DNA from: a virus
Virus record (IMG/VR): IMGVR_UViG_3300027970_000006
Length of the DNA: 64,000 nt
Direction: 5' to 3' (one strand)
Position 1 is the stretch's first letter. Every line of letters starts with the position of its first letter. A model generated the notes under the pieces. The model did no database searches, was not told the DNA's origin, and saw only the letters and a program-made list of their open reading frames with translations. A program made the translations under genes and the position numbers. This document shows, in pieces, positions 50,699-59,907 of this stretch.

Positions 50699-53530
50699 AT
50701 GGCTACTACTAAAATAGTTTTAGACTTACAATCGGACTTGGTATTATCAAGTCCATCAATCACAACCCCAATTGGTATCGTTGCTGGTGACATCGCTTAT
50801 GGTTCATCAAACGTTAATGCTGAGTTAGGAACGTTGTCTTCAAACATCGCTCAAGAAGTTGTTGATCGTGCTACTGCGGTTACTTCTGAAGCAACAGCAA
50901 GAGTTTCAGGTGATAATTCAGTTGCATCTAATTTATCTTCTGAAGTTGTTAACAGAACAAACGCGGTTTCTTCTGAAGCTTCTACAAGATTGGCTGCTGA
51001 CAATTCATTGGCTACTTTAATCTCTGTTGAAATTTCAACTGAGCACGCTCATCACTCAACTGCCGAAGCATCAATCGATTCAAGAATTTCAACTGAAGAA
51101 GACGCTAGATTAAACAAAGATAACTCTTTGGCTACGTCAATTTCAAATGAAGTATCTGACAGAACTGCTGCCGTTTCTTCTGAAGTTGTTGCAAGAACCG
51201 CTGCTGATAATTCATTGGCTTTAGATTTAGCTTCTGAAATCACTAACAGAATTTCTGATGTTAACGCTGAAGAAACAAGAGCTATGGCTGCTGAGTTATC
51301 ATTGAAAACTGATTTGACAGCTGAAGGTTCAAGAGCAATGTCTTCAGAGGTTTCTATCGCTAACGATTTAGCCGCTGAAACTACTGCAAGAATTGCTGAC
51401 GTTGATGCTGAAGAATCAAGAGCTATCGCCGCTGAAGGTTCATTAGCTGCTGATTTAGCTTCTGAAGAATCTGCTCGTATGGCAGCTGACGCTTCATTAA
51501 ACACCAAAATTGAATTCGTTATTTCGAATACTGATGCGGCTGCATTAGATTCATTAACAGAAATCGTTGGTGCGTTCCAATCGGCTGATGGTGACATCAA
51601 CAACGCTATCACTACATTAGCAACAAATTCATCAATTGCAGTATCAACTGAAACTTCAAGAGCAACTGCTGCCGAAGGTTCTATCGCTGCTGATTTATCT
51701 TCTGAAATCGTAAACAGAGGTTTAGATGTTGATGCTGAAGAAGCAAGAGCACAATCTGTTGAGGCAGACTTATCTGAAGAAATTTCTTTAGAAGTTGCTA
51801 ATAGATTAGCCGAGGTTTCAACTGAAAAAGCTAGAGCAATGGCTGCGGAAGGATCTATTGCAACTGACTTGGTAACTGAAACAACTAACAGAACAAATGC
51901 TGATGCTTCATTGGCTACTTTGATCTCAACTGAAATTTCTACAGAACACGCTCACCACGTATCTGCTGAGAATTCATTAACAACAAGAGTTTCATCTGAA
52001 GAGTCAAGAGCTACTGCAGCTGAAGGATCATTAGATACTAAAGTTTCTGTTGAAACTTCAAGAGCTACCGCTGCTGAAGCGTCTATCGCATCTAACTTGT
52101 CTACTGAAATCGTTAACAGAACTGCTGATGTTGATGCTGAAGAATCAAGAGCTATGGCCGCTGAGTTAGTATTAACTAACAATTTATCAACTGAAGTATC
52201 TAACAGAATAGCTGACGTTGATGCTGAAGAATCAAGAGCTATGGCTGCTGAGTTAGTATTAACTAACAATTTATCAACTGAAATCGTTAACAGAATTGCT
52301 GACGTTGATGCTGAAGAATCAAGAGCTAAGTCTGCTGAGTTAGTATTGACTAACGCAATCAATGCTGAAGAAACTGCTCGTGAAAATGCTGATAACGCAC
52401 TATCTCAAGAAATCTCTGAGTGTTGCTCAATCCACACATCTGTTGATGTTGTTTTATCAGGTGAAATCATTAGAGGATTTGGTTCAATCGAAACTACGGT
52501 TTCTACTAAAGAATCTATGGCTATCGTAAGAGAAGATAGTATTGATTCTAAATTGTCTTCTGCAATTTCTTCTGAAGCATCTTCAAGAGTATCTAAAGAT
52601 GGTTCATTAGAGTCTGTAATTTCAGAAGCTAAAACTTCTATCAACAACTCAATTTCTTCTGAAGCTTCTTCAAGAGTATCTGGTGATCTTTCATTAGAAA
52701 ACGCAATTGCAAGAGAAGAAGGAAGAATTGACGCAATCCTTGATGGTTCAACAGTTGATTTAGATCAATTTGCTGAAATCGTTTCTTTTGTTAATGGAAT
52801 TGACTTAGAAAATGATAACGCATTGTTAGCTGCTGTAACTTCAATCGGTACTGCAATTGGTAATGAAGAGTCTTCAAGAGTATCTAAAGATAATTCATTA
52901 GAATCTGTAATCGCAACAAACAGAACTGACGCTAACACAGCAATGTCTACTGAAGTTTCTAACAGAGTTTCTGCGGATAATTCATTGTTTGTTCAATTGA
53001 ATGACAAAATCAACAACGAAATCTCTGATAGAACTGCTGACGTTGATGCTGAACAAGCAAGAGCTGAAGGTGCTGAAGGGATGTTGAATACGAAAATCAA
53101 CACTGAAATCTCTAACCGAGTAGATGCTGACTCTTCATTAGCTACATTGATTAACAATGAAGTAACAAGAGCTCAAGGTGCTGAAGGTTCATTAGAGGCT
53201 GCATTGTCTTCTGAAGTTGCTAACTTGTTATCAAATACAGACTTAACTGCAATTGATTCATTCTCTGAAGTAGTAACTGAATTAGACGCTGTTAAAGGTA
53301 TAATCAACAACACTTACTTCAAGAAAGTAGCAGTTTCTGGTTTAGTTAATGGAACTAACAAAAACTTCACCCTTGCATCTGAAGTAAGATCTAATTCTGA
53401 AACAATCTACTACAACGGATTGTTACAAGAAGAAGGTGTTGACTACACAATCTCAGGTGGTACTAACATCCAGTTTACTTATACTCCTAAAATGGGTGGT
53501 AAAGTAACTGCTTACGGTGTTTACGCTTAA
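50699..53530 (+). CDS. Long alpha-helical coiled-coil fibre protein with C-terminal beta module
   Basis: Repeated (S/A)E..RA..A(D/E).SL motifs, LDS..EI..A motifs, and a C-terminal module shared with 49378..50163. Confidence 0.75.
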   Translation: MATTKIVLDLQSDLVLSSPSITTPIGIVAGDIAYGSSNVNAELGTLSSNIAQEVVDRATAVTSEATARVSGDNSVASNLSSEVVNRTNAVSSEASTRLAADNSLATLISVEISTEHAHHSTAEASIDSRISTEEDARLNKDNSLATSISNEVSDRTAAVSSEVVARTAADNSLALDLASEITNRISDVNAEETRAMAAELSLKTDLTAEGSRAMSSEVSIANDLAAETTARIADVDAEESRAIAAEGSLAADLASEESARMAADASLNTKIEFVISNTDAAALDSLTEIVGAFQSADGDINNAITTLATNSSIAVSTETSRATAAEGSIAADLSSEIVNRGLDVDAEEARAQSVEADLSEEISLEVANRLAEVSTEKARAMAAEGSIATDLVTETTNRTNADASLATLISTEISTEHAHHVSAENSLTTRVSSEESRATAAEGSLDTKVSVETSRATAAEASIASNLSTEIVNRTADVDAEESRAMAAELVLTNNLSTEVSNRIADVDAEESRAMAAELVLTNNLSTEIVNRIADVDAEESRAKSAELVLTNAINAEETARENADNALSQEISECCSIHTSVDVVLSGEIIRGFGSIETTVSTKESMAIVREDSIDSKLSSAISSEASSRVSKDGSLESVISEAKTSINNSISSEASSRVSGDLSLENAIAREEGRIDAILDGSTVDLDQFAEIVSFVNGIDLENDNALLAAVTSIGTAIGNEESSRVSKDNSLESVIATNRTDANTAMSTEVSNRVSADNSLFVQLNDKINNEISDRTADVDAEQARAEGAEGMLNTKINTEISNRVDADSSLATLINNEVTRAQGAEGSLEAALSSEVANLLSNTDLTAIDSFSEVVTELDAVKGIINNTYFKKVAVSGLVNGTNKNFTLASEVRSNSETIYYNGLLQEEGVDYTISGGTNIQFTYTPKMGGKVTAYGVYA
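52094..52354 (+). repeat. 87-bp coding repeat x3 (NLSTEIVNRTADVDAEESRAMAAELVLTN)
   Basis: Near-identical GTTGATGCTGAAGAATCAAGAGCT...GAGTTAGTATT units. Confidence 0.85.
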
Positions 53531-53551
53531 TCTTTGGTTTTAACCAAAAAG

Positions 53552-53580
53552 AAAAGGGGTTCTTCGGAACCCCTTTTTTT
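53552..53580. terminator. Bidirectional Rho-independent terminator
   Basis: AAAAGGGGTTC-TTCG-GAACCCCTTTTTTT (cUUCGg loop) between convergent genes. Confidence 0.92.
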
Positions 53581-53597
53581 ATATATAATAAATTATA

Positions 53598-54800
53598 TTA
53601 AAGATTATCGTATCTATTTGTGTTTGGATTATAAACCAAATCTTTATTTCCACCATTAAAAAGATTATAAATCAATTTGTCATAAGTTTCAATAAGTTCT
53701 TGATTATCTGCGTGATACCTTTGTAAAACCAAATCATTTTTTTTGTGATATTCCGTAATATTTTTATCGTGTTCGGTTAAAATATAATTCAACATTTTGG
53801 CACCTTCTTTTGTGTCACTATTTTCATAATAATAACCAAGATCTTTACAAAGTGGTGCGTTATGTAAAACAGGATACCCCAAATAAGCAGCATCCAAATA
53901 CAAATAATTTAAAGGGTTTAATATTTGGTGACAAATTAAAACGTCAAAATATTGGGTTAAAACAAATGATGTTTGATATCTTGATTCTGCGGTGATTTTT
54001 TTATCTTCATACAGATCAAAAGTTTTGATTATGGATAAAAACTCATAATTTTCTTTAAGTTTTTCGCCATTTGTAATCATAAGTTTATCAATTTTATTTT
54101 TTCCTGTTTCAGTCCTATAAGATTCTTCAGCAATCATTGTTGGGATTATAGAATATTTAACAACATTGATATTTGGTTCCATAATTCCTAGTACCTTTTT
54201 TTCTTTGTCGGGGTTATATTTATAACCTTTTTTATAACGACCATCTTTAAAACCACTTTCAATTCCAATCACCGCTTCAAGTAAGAATTTATTATGCCAA
54301 ATGAAAGGAACAATGAATGAATTTGTTCTATATAGTGTTGAGAAAAATCCGTTATTTGTATCGTGTTGTTGTGGAATATACCATAGTTCATCAAATGTCG
54401 TTTCATATTCAAAATATCTTTTTTTGTTTTCTTTAAACAAAACATTTTCCATGTGAATTACATAATTGTTTCCGCATTTGTAACCGATAAATCTTTTATT
54501 TTTATCTTCTTTAAACTTCTTAATATCTTCTTCGTAAACTTGGGCTCCCATCATTACAATAAGATCCATTTCCATAAACTTATCTTTAAAGTTATAGATA
54601 TTGATATCTTTAAGATATGAAGGTCTTTTTTCAGAAAAATCTACATCAAATGTGTTTAATATAAAAACTTCATAATTGTTTTTGGATTGTTTTAATAAAT
54701 GAACGAACATTAGAACATTTTGTTTCATTCCGTTTGTCCATATTGATTCTGTGTTTGATTGTAAACCTAATGTAATTCCAATTTTTAAATTTTTCATCAC
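53598..54800 (-). CDS. DUF2827-family protein (putative glycosyltransferase fold)
   Basis: SIW.NG..QN..., IMEPN..VVK....P, HQ..N.LNYLY.DA...GYP.LHN. Confidence 0.75.
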   Translation of the reverse strand: MMKNLKIGITLGLQSNTESIWTNGMKQNVLMFVHLLKQSKNNYEVFILNTFDVDFSEKRPSYLKDINIYNFKDKFMEMDLIVMMGAQVYEEDIKKFKEDKNKRFIGYKCGNNYVIHMENVLFKENKKRYFEYETTFDELWYIPQQHDTNNGFFSTLYRTNSFIVPFIWHNKFLLEAVIGIESGFKDGRYKKGYKYNPDKEKKVLGIMEPNINVVKYSIIPTMIAEESYRTETGKNKIDKLMITNGEKLKENYEFLSIIKTFDLYEDKKITAESRYQTSFVLTQYFDVLICHQILNPLNYLYLDAAYLGYPVLHNAPLCKDLGYYYENSDTKEGAKMLNYILTEHDKNITEYHKKNDLVLQRYHADNQELIETYDKLIYNLFNGGNKDLVYNPNTNRYDNL

Positions 54801-55351
54801 TGTTGTTTTGTTTGGTTTATAAATTGTTTTATTATTTCGTCTTTTTGTTCTTGAGTTTCAGAATGAACCCATAACCATAAAAAAGAACCTGACACCAATT
54901 GTAATTCTTTTTTCTTTTCTTCTATTGTCTTTTGTAGTAATATAAAGCCATTTGATTCAAAATCTATTTCAATATTGATTTTTTTTGCAATTTTATAAAG
55001 TGTTAATAAATCATTTTTTTCATATGCAATTTGAGATTCTTCATACCATTTTGATCTTAACGGGTTTTTTGATTTGTCTGGATGACATTCTTTTGCGATA
55101 GCCCTAAAAATTGATTTGATTGTTTTTTGTTCTTTTTCTGAAACCTCAAATGGTTTGTCTTTTTTAATACCACAAGAGTTAGTTTCTCCTGTCACTATTG
55201 GAGATTCATAACCCATTTTTATTGCTTCTTCCATAAATAATGGTTTATGATATGTGGTGAATTCATCAACATATTCTTTTTCTAAATCTAAAAGGTTTAA
55301 CTCTTTTAAATAAAGATTTAATTTCAAGTCGTTTAACTTTTTTTTTGACAT
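54797..55351 (-). CDS. J-domain (DnaJ-like) protein
   Basis: IKSIFRAIAKECHPDK ... AYE. Confidence 0.7.
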   Translation of the reverse strand: MSKKKLNDLKLNLYLKELNLLDLEKEYVDEFTTYHKPLFMEEAIKMGYESPIVTGETNSCGIKKDKPFEVSEKEQKTIKSIFRAIAKECHPDKSKNPLRSKWYEESQIAYEKNDLLTLYKIAKKINIEIDFESNGFILLQKTIEEKKKELQLVSGSFLWLWVHSETQEQKDEIIKQFINQTKQQ

Positions 55352-55441
55352 ATCCTATAAATAGATTAAAATGGATTTGAGTTCATATTTATATGTGTTA
55401 TTTAATTTTATTTTAACTAACAGAAATATTTATAATATAAG

Positions 55442-57034
55442 ATGCCAATTTATAACAGATTAACAGATAGATCAAAAGTTTCTGCGATCACATTGAATGA
55501 TATTATTCACGTAGTAGTTACGGGGGATACATCACAAAGTCCGCAAGGATCGTCATATTACGCACCCTTAACGTATTTACAAGCGATTTTAAGTGGATCA
55601 TCAGGTACTAACGGAACATCAGGAACTAACGGAACCAATGGTACTAGTGGATCATCAGGTACTAACGGAACATCAGGAACTAACGGAACTTCAGGAACGA
55701 ATGGTACAAGCGGAACTAATGGATCTTCGGGTACCAATGGTACAAATGGAACTTCAGGGACTAACGGCACTAGTGGTACTAGTGGTATATCAGGGGTAAA
55801 TGGTACTTCAGGTACTGATGGAACAAGCGGAACATCACCGGCAGTTCCGGGATTAAATAATGAAATATTAACTTCAGATGGTTCAGGTGGAATAGTTGCC
55901 GAAAGTAATATGACTTTTGATACTACATTACTAAACATAACTGGCCGTACTGATATCTATGATACAATAGGAACTATTCCTTCATTAAAAATATTTTCAC
56001 AACATAATTTTCCACAACACTCTTCTTTATTGATCGATTCTGAAGGAACACCAACTGGTAATACAAAATTATACGGAGCAGAAATTACTGTTTATGGTGC
56101 TTCAAGTTCAAACACAGGTATTTTAATTAGTGCAGGAGGAGATAATGACGGAAATAATACAGGTATAGACGTATCGAATAATTCCACAGGATATGGAACC
56201 TTTCCATTACAGTATGGAATAAAAGGTCTTGTTTCGGGATCTATTACCAATGGTTTTAGTAGAAAATATGGTTCTAACTTTGAAGTTATAAATCAATCCC
56301 AACGTAATATAGGTTACTCTGTCACGGTTTCAGATGCAACTATTTTTAACATAGGTTACGAAGCCTTTATTAATGGGACAACAGGAGATAGTATTGGTAT
56401 GCAAGTGCTTAACACTAACGCCGACACGAATGGTGGTGATTCTCAAACAGGCGCTTTGATTAATGTTTTAGGTGGTGGTAGTTTTCTAAGTACAAATAAA
56501 AAAGGTTTAGATGTTAGTGTTAATGGAAGCGCACAATCAAATATAGGTTTACGATCTTTTGCTAGCGGTGCGTCACAAAATTATGCAATATACACTTCAG
56601 GTGGAAGATTTTCTTTTTATCACGACCCAACTTCAGAATTAACGGGAACAACCAGTGTTGAAGGTTATGGTGATATAGTAACTTTTGGTGGTGTTGGTAG
56701 TTCGTTTAATGCTGGTGATGTTGTTTATTTAGATATTAATGGTGATTGGTTAAAAACCGATGCTACAACCGCAACAACATCAACTAGTATGTTAGCAATT
56801 GCGTTAGGTAGTAGTCCATCGGAAGGTATGTTGGTTAGAGGTTATGCGTATAATAGTAGTTGGGGGTTTACTATCGGTGTTCCTCTATATTTAAGAAGTG
56901 TCCCTGGTTCCATCACAGAAATAGCTCCTGGTGGAACAGGTGAAGTGGTTAGAATTGTTGGGTATGCCACAGGAGATGTTGGGAGTGGAAAAAAAATATA
57001 TTTTAATCCCGACAATACTTGGGTAGAATTGTAA
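55442..57034 (+). CDS. Putative tail/capsid fibre protein with Gly-Thr-Ser/Asn collagen-like repeat
   Basis: (GTS/GTN/GSS)n tract, beta-helix-like middle, C-terminal GD.VYL...G.W...VG.A...IYFNP domain. Confidence 0.75.
   Translation: MPIYNRLTDRSKVSAITLNDIIHVVVTGDTSQSPQGSSYYAPLTYLQAILSGSSGTNGTSGTNGTNGTSGSSGTNGTSGTNGTSGTNGTSGTNGSSGTNGTNGTSGTNGTSGTSGISGVNGTSGTDGTSGTSPAVPGLNNEILTSDGSGGIVAESNMTFDTTLLNITGRTDIYDTIGTIPSLKIFSQHNFPQHSSLLIDSEGTPTGNTKLYGAEITVYGASSSNTGILISAGGDNDGNNTGIDVSNNSTGYGTFPLQYGIKGLVSGSITNGFSRKYGSNFEVINQSQRNIGYSVTVSDATIFNIGYEAFINGTTGDSIGMQVLNTNADTNGGDSQTGALINVLGGGSFLSTNKKGLDVSVNGSAQSNIGLRSFASGASQNYAIYTSGGRFSFYHDPTSELTGTTSVEGYGDIVTFGGVGSSFNAGDVVYLDINGDWLKTDATTATTSTSMLAIALGSSPSEGMLVRGYAYNSSWGFTIGVPLYLRSVPGSITEIAPGGTGEVVRIVGYATGDVGSGKKIYFNPDNTWVEL
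55594..55836 (+). repeat. Gly-X-Y coding repeat (GTS/GTN/GSS)
   Basis: About 27 consecutive G-X-Y triplets. Confidence 0.9.
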
Positions 57035-57070
57035 TATTATGGCAACAGTATCAGGCGTTTTGGTTAGTTT

Positions 57071-57169
57071 AATATCTAAAATAGAATATGTAAAAGGACC
57101 AATACTTGACCCAAAATCTAAAACAATATCACCCTCATTAACTTCAAAAAACTTTTCATATATTCTGTC
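57071..57169 (-). pseudogene. In-frame FkbM-type methyltransferase fragment beyond the TAG of 57170..59476
   Basis: EIF*DRIYEKFFEVNEGDIVLDFGSSIGPFTYSILD (SAM-binding motif I), then similarity is lost. Confidence 0.65.
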
Positions 57170-59476
57170 CTAAAATATTTCAGAAGTTATCGTTTCTTTA
57201 TACCACTCACTTTGATTACCCCAATTAAAAGAAGTTATATTATTTCTAATTTTATTTATTTCTTTTATCACCATCTCTGATGTTATTTGTTTTGAACACT
57301 CAAATTGACGATCAGTTCCTTTGTGTAAAGGACACCAATCCCAATCTCCTGCGTCTAATCTATCCCAATTAAAACATCCATGACAAACGTTTTCATTTAT
57401 TACCCTATATGTGTCTAATTTTGTTTCAGCCCATTTTTCACTAAACCCCGATATAAGAACAACGGGTAGTTTACAAGCCCAGGCTAACCAAGACAACCCT
57501 GATCCAAGACCTATAAAAAATTCACAAGTAGATAGATCATTAATTACCTCTTGTAAATTTCCACCTTTAAAAACTGAAACTCCTTTTGGGTAAAAGTTAT
57601 TCATATACCCATCACCTTCTTTTGAGTAGATCATACATTCATACCCAAGATTATTTAAGTAATCAACAACTTCTTGCCAACCATTTTTATTGTTCCAATA
57701 TTTTGCTTGTGATGTAGAATGAAAACCAATCCCAACTTTTTTCTTTTTTTCTACATTTGGTAAATTAAGATTTGGTCTTATTTCTTTATAATCTAAACCA
57801 AGAATATCGGTTGCCGTTTTTTGAAGTGGTTGTGTTTTAATATCTGTTTTATGAATATTGGAGTTTAATTCCCCGTCTTCATTATAAAACCAACCCAATC
57901 TGTATTGTGCGTAGATATTTAAAACAACTTCGCCAGGTTCAACAAAATCTATTTCGGGGTATTGATCTTTAAATAAACTATTAAGGAAAGTAGACACTAT
58001 AAGTTGACAACCGTGTTTTTTTCTAAATACCTCACAATAAGGGATCCATGCTAATGTATCACCAAGAGATTTTGACCCAAAAGAAATATAAACTCTTTTG
58101 TTTTCCAGATCTAAAACATTTTCATAAATAAGATTGTTGTTTTCTCTAACTTCAGTTTTCCATTTTGTATAATATTCTCGGTTGAGTTTAACCCAACTAT
58201 TTATTTTAATTTTGTTTTCATAAACCAAAGATTTCTCATCAAATAATTTAATATTAAACTCTCTATCCCCCTGACCCAATATTTCAAAAAACGGGTTCAC
58301 AACAAAATGTTGTTTAATAACATAATCGTTTTCAATCGGAATATTATTGTATTTTTCAATTTTTAAAACCTCATCATAAAAAGATAAAAGATCTTTTCCA
58401 AAATCTTTTTGATTTTCTATTTCATATGTTTTATCACTACTAATGAGTTTTAATAGTTGATTAGAAATGTTTAAATAATCATTAGTTTCTATTGGTGTGA
58501 TATAGTTATCAAACATTCCCATATAATGTAAAAAGTTTCTTGCAATAATCTTCATACCATAATTGATTGCTTCTCTAATTACCAACGGATTACACTCCCA
58601 AACCGAATTAAACATCATAACATCACAAGCAATCATAAATGAATCAACATCATTTCTTTCACCCCAAATTGTGACATTCTTTGGTGGATCATTCATAATC
58701 GGTTCCCAATAGGTCTTAAAGTTTTCTGCTTGGTTTCCAATAAAATGAAAATGTAAATCGGGATTACTATTTTCAAGTAATCTTGCAACTTCAATACCTT
58801 CTTTTTGATTTTTTCCTTCGGTCCATAACCCAACATTTAAGATGTGGGTTTTAGTTGGGTCTATTTTTAACTTTTCTCTTTCTGTTAATTTTTTAAGTAA
58901 CGGAACTCTGTGTTCGGTTAAAGGTATATCTAATTCTTCTAAAATGGTTTTTACTTTATTTTCATATGGATATGTATGAAGTTTCTTATATGATTTTTCA
59001 GATTTAAATGTTTCAAAATGATATGGGGTCACAAAAGAATATGCATCAGGGTGTAATTTTTTATTTTCAGGGTTATACCAAACATTATGACAGGTTTCAA
59101 TTATTTTCCAAGACCTTTTGTTATCATAAAGTTGGTTTAATAAGTTTAATGGTATTTTATTAAAACTTTCAAACCCTTCTGATATTTCTTCAACATGAAC
59201 GATGTCTATTTCATTTTGTTGTATAATTTTAATTAGATCATATTTTTTATCACTTTGAGTTGTTTCTCCTAAGGTATAAAAATGATCCATACCTAATAGA
59301 GTTATTATTTGATTTCTTTGAACTACGTATGTATCACTGAATTGTGAGTATTCAACCAAAAAGATCTCTACTTGGTCTTTGAATTTTTGAAGTGATTCAA
59401 TTCTTTTTAAGACAAATTGGGGCATTCCTCCTGTGGATAAATGTGGTACAAGGTATAATATTTTAATGATATCCAT
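57170..59476 (-). CDS. Fusion: GT4-like glycosyltransferase + Aah/TibC-type (autotransporter heptosyltransferase-like) domain
   Basis: N: HLSTGGMPQ, S.WECNPL..REA. C: SLGDTLAW.PY...F..KH.C, K.WNN..GW, FIGLGSGLSWLAWA...PVVLISGFS, CHGC...WCP...FECSK.IT. Confidence 0.8.
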   Translation of the reverse strand: MDIIKILYLVPHLSTGGMPQFVLKRIESLQKFKDQVEIFLVEYSQFSDTYVVQRNQIITLLGMDHFYTLGETTQSDKKYDLIKIIQQNEIDIVHVEEISEGFESFNKIPLNLLNQLYDNKRSWKIIETCHNVWYNPENKKLHPDAYSFVTPYHFETFKSEKSYKKLHTYPYENKVKTILEELDIPLTEHRVPLLKKLTEREKLKIDPTKTHILNVGLWTEGKNQKEGIEVARLLENSNPDLHFHFIGNQAENFKTYWEPIMNDPPKNVTIWGERNDVDSFMIACDVMMFNSVWECNPLVIREAINYGMKIIARNFLHYMGMFDNYITPIETNDYLNISNQLLKLISSDKTYEIENQKDFGKDLLSFYDEVLKIEKYNNIPIENDYVIKQHFVVNPFFEILGQGDREFNIKLFDEKSLVYENKIKINSWVKLNREYYTKWKTEVRENNNLIYENVLDLENKRVYISFGSKSLGDTLAWIPYCEVFRKKHGCQLIVSTFLNSLFKDQYPEIDFVEPGEVVLNIYAQYRLGWFYNEDGELNSNIHKTDIKTQPLQKTATDILGLDYKEIRPNLNLPNVEKKKKVGIGFHSTSQAKYWNNKNGWQEVVDYLNNLGYECMIYSKEGDGYMNNFYPKGVSVFKGGNLQEVINDLSTCEFFIGLGSGLSWLAWACKLPVVLISGFSEKWAETKLDTYRVINENVCHGCFNWDRLDAGDWDWCPLHKGTDRQFECSKQITSEMVIKEINKIRNNITSFNWGNQSEWYKETITSEIF

Positions 59477-59591
59477 ACCATAAAAATAATTTATACATTT
59501 TAATTGTGAAGTTCACCTAAAAGTTTTAGAAGTCGTAAATTAAGATATTTATTTAATGGACTTTGTTTATTAAAAATTGTCCTTTTTATTT

Positions 59592-59894
59592 ATGTCTAAT
59601 ATAATTCAAATAACCTCAATATCGGGAACCCCTCCTTATGATATATATGTTTGTGATCAAACAATCACATATTGTTATTTGGTGTCAGGATCTACGTTTA
59701 TTATACCACCTTTAACTTTTAGTGTTCCACCACCATTAGATACGTCAACACCAATTATATTAAAGATTATTGACTCTTTGGGTTGTGAAAAAATATTTCT
59801 TCTTACTTGTGGTGAAATTTATGGAAAATTATTTGAAGGATTTGAGGTGTTCTTGTTTCAAGATGCTGCGATTTATTTGTTTGAAGGTCCTTAA
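59592..59894 (+). CDS. Small putative virion protein (start ATG 59592; track 59577)
   Basis: I.SISG.PPY.IYVCD...KIIDS.GC pattern. Confidence 0.6.
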   Translation: MSNIIQITSISGTPPYDIYVCDQTITYCYLVSGSTFIIPPLTFSVPPPLDTSTPIILKIIDSLGCEKIFLLTCGEIYGKLFEGFEVFLFQDAAIYLFEGP

Positions 59895-59907
59895 CAATTT
59901 AAAAATT

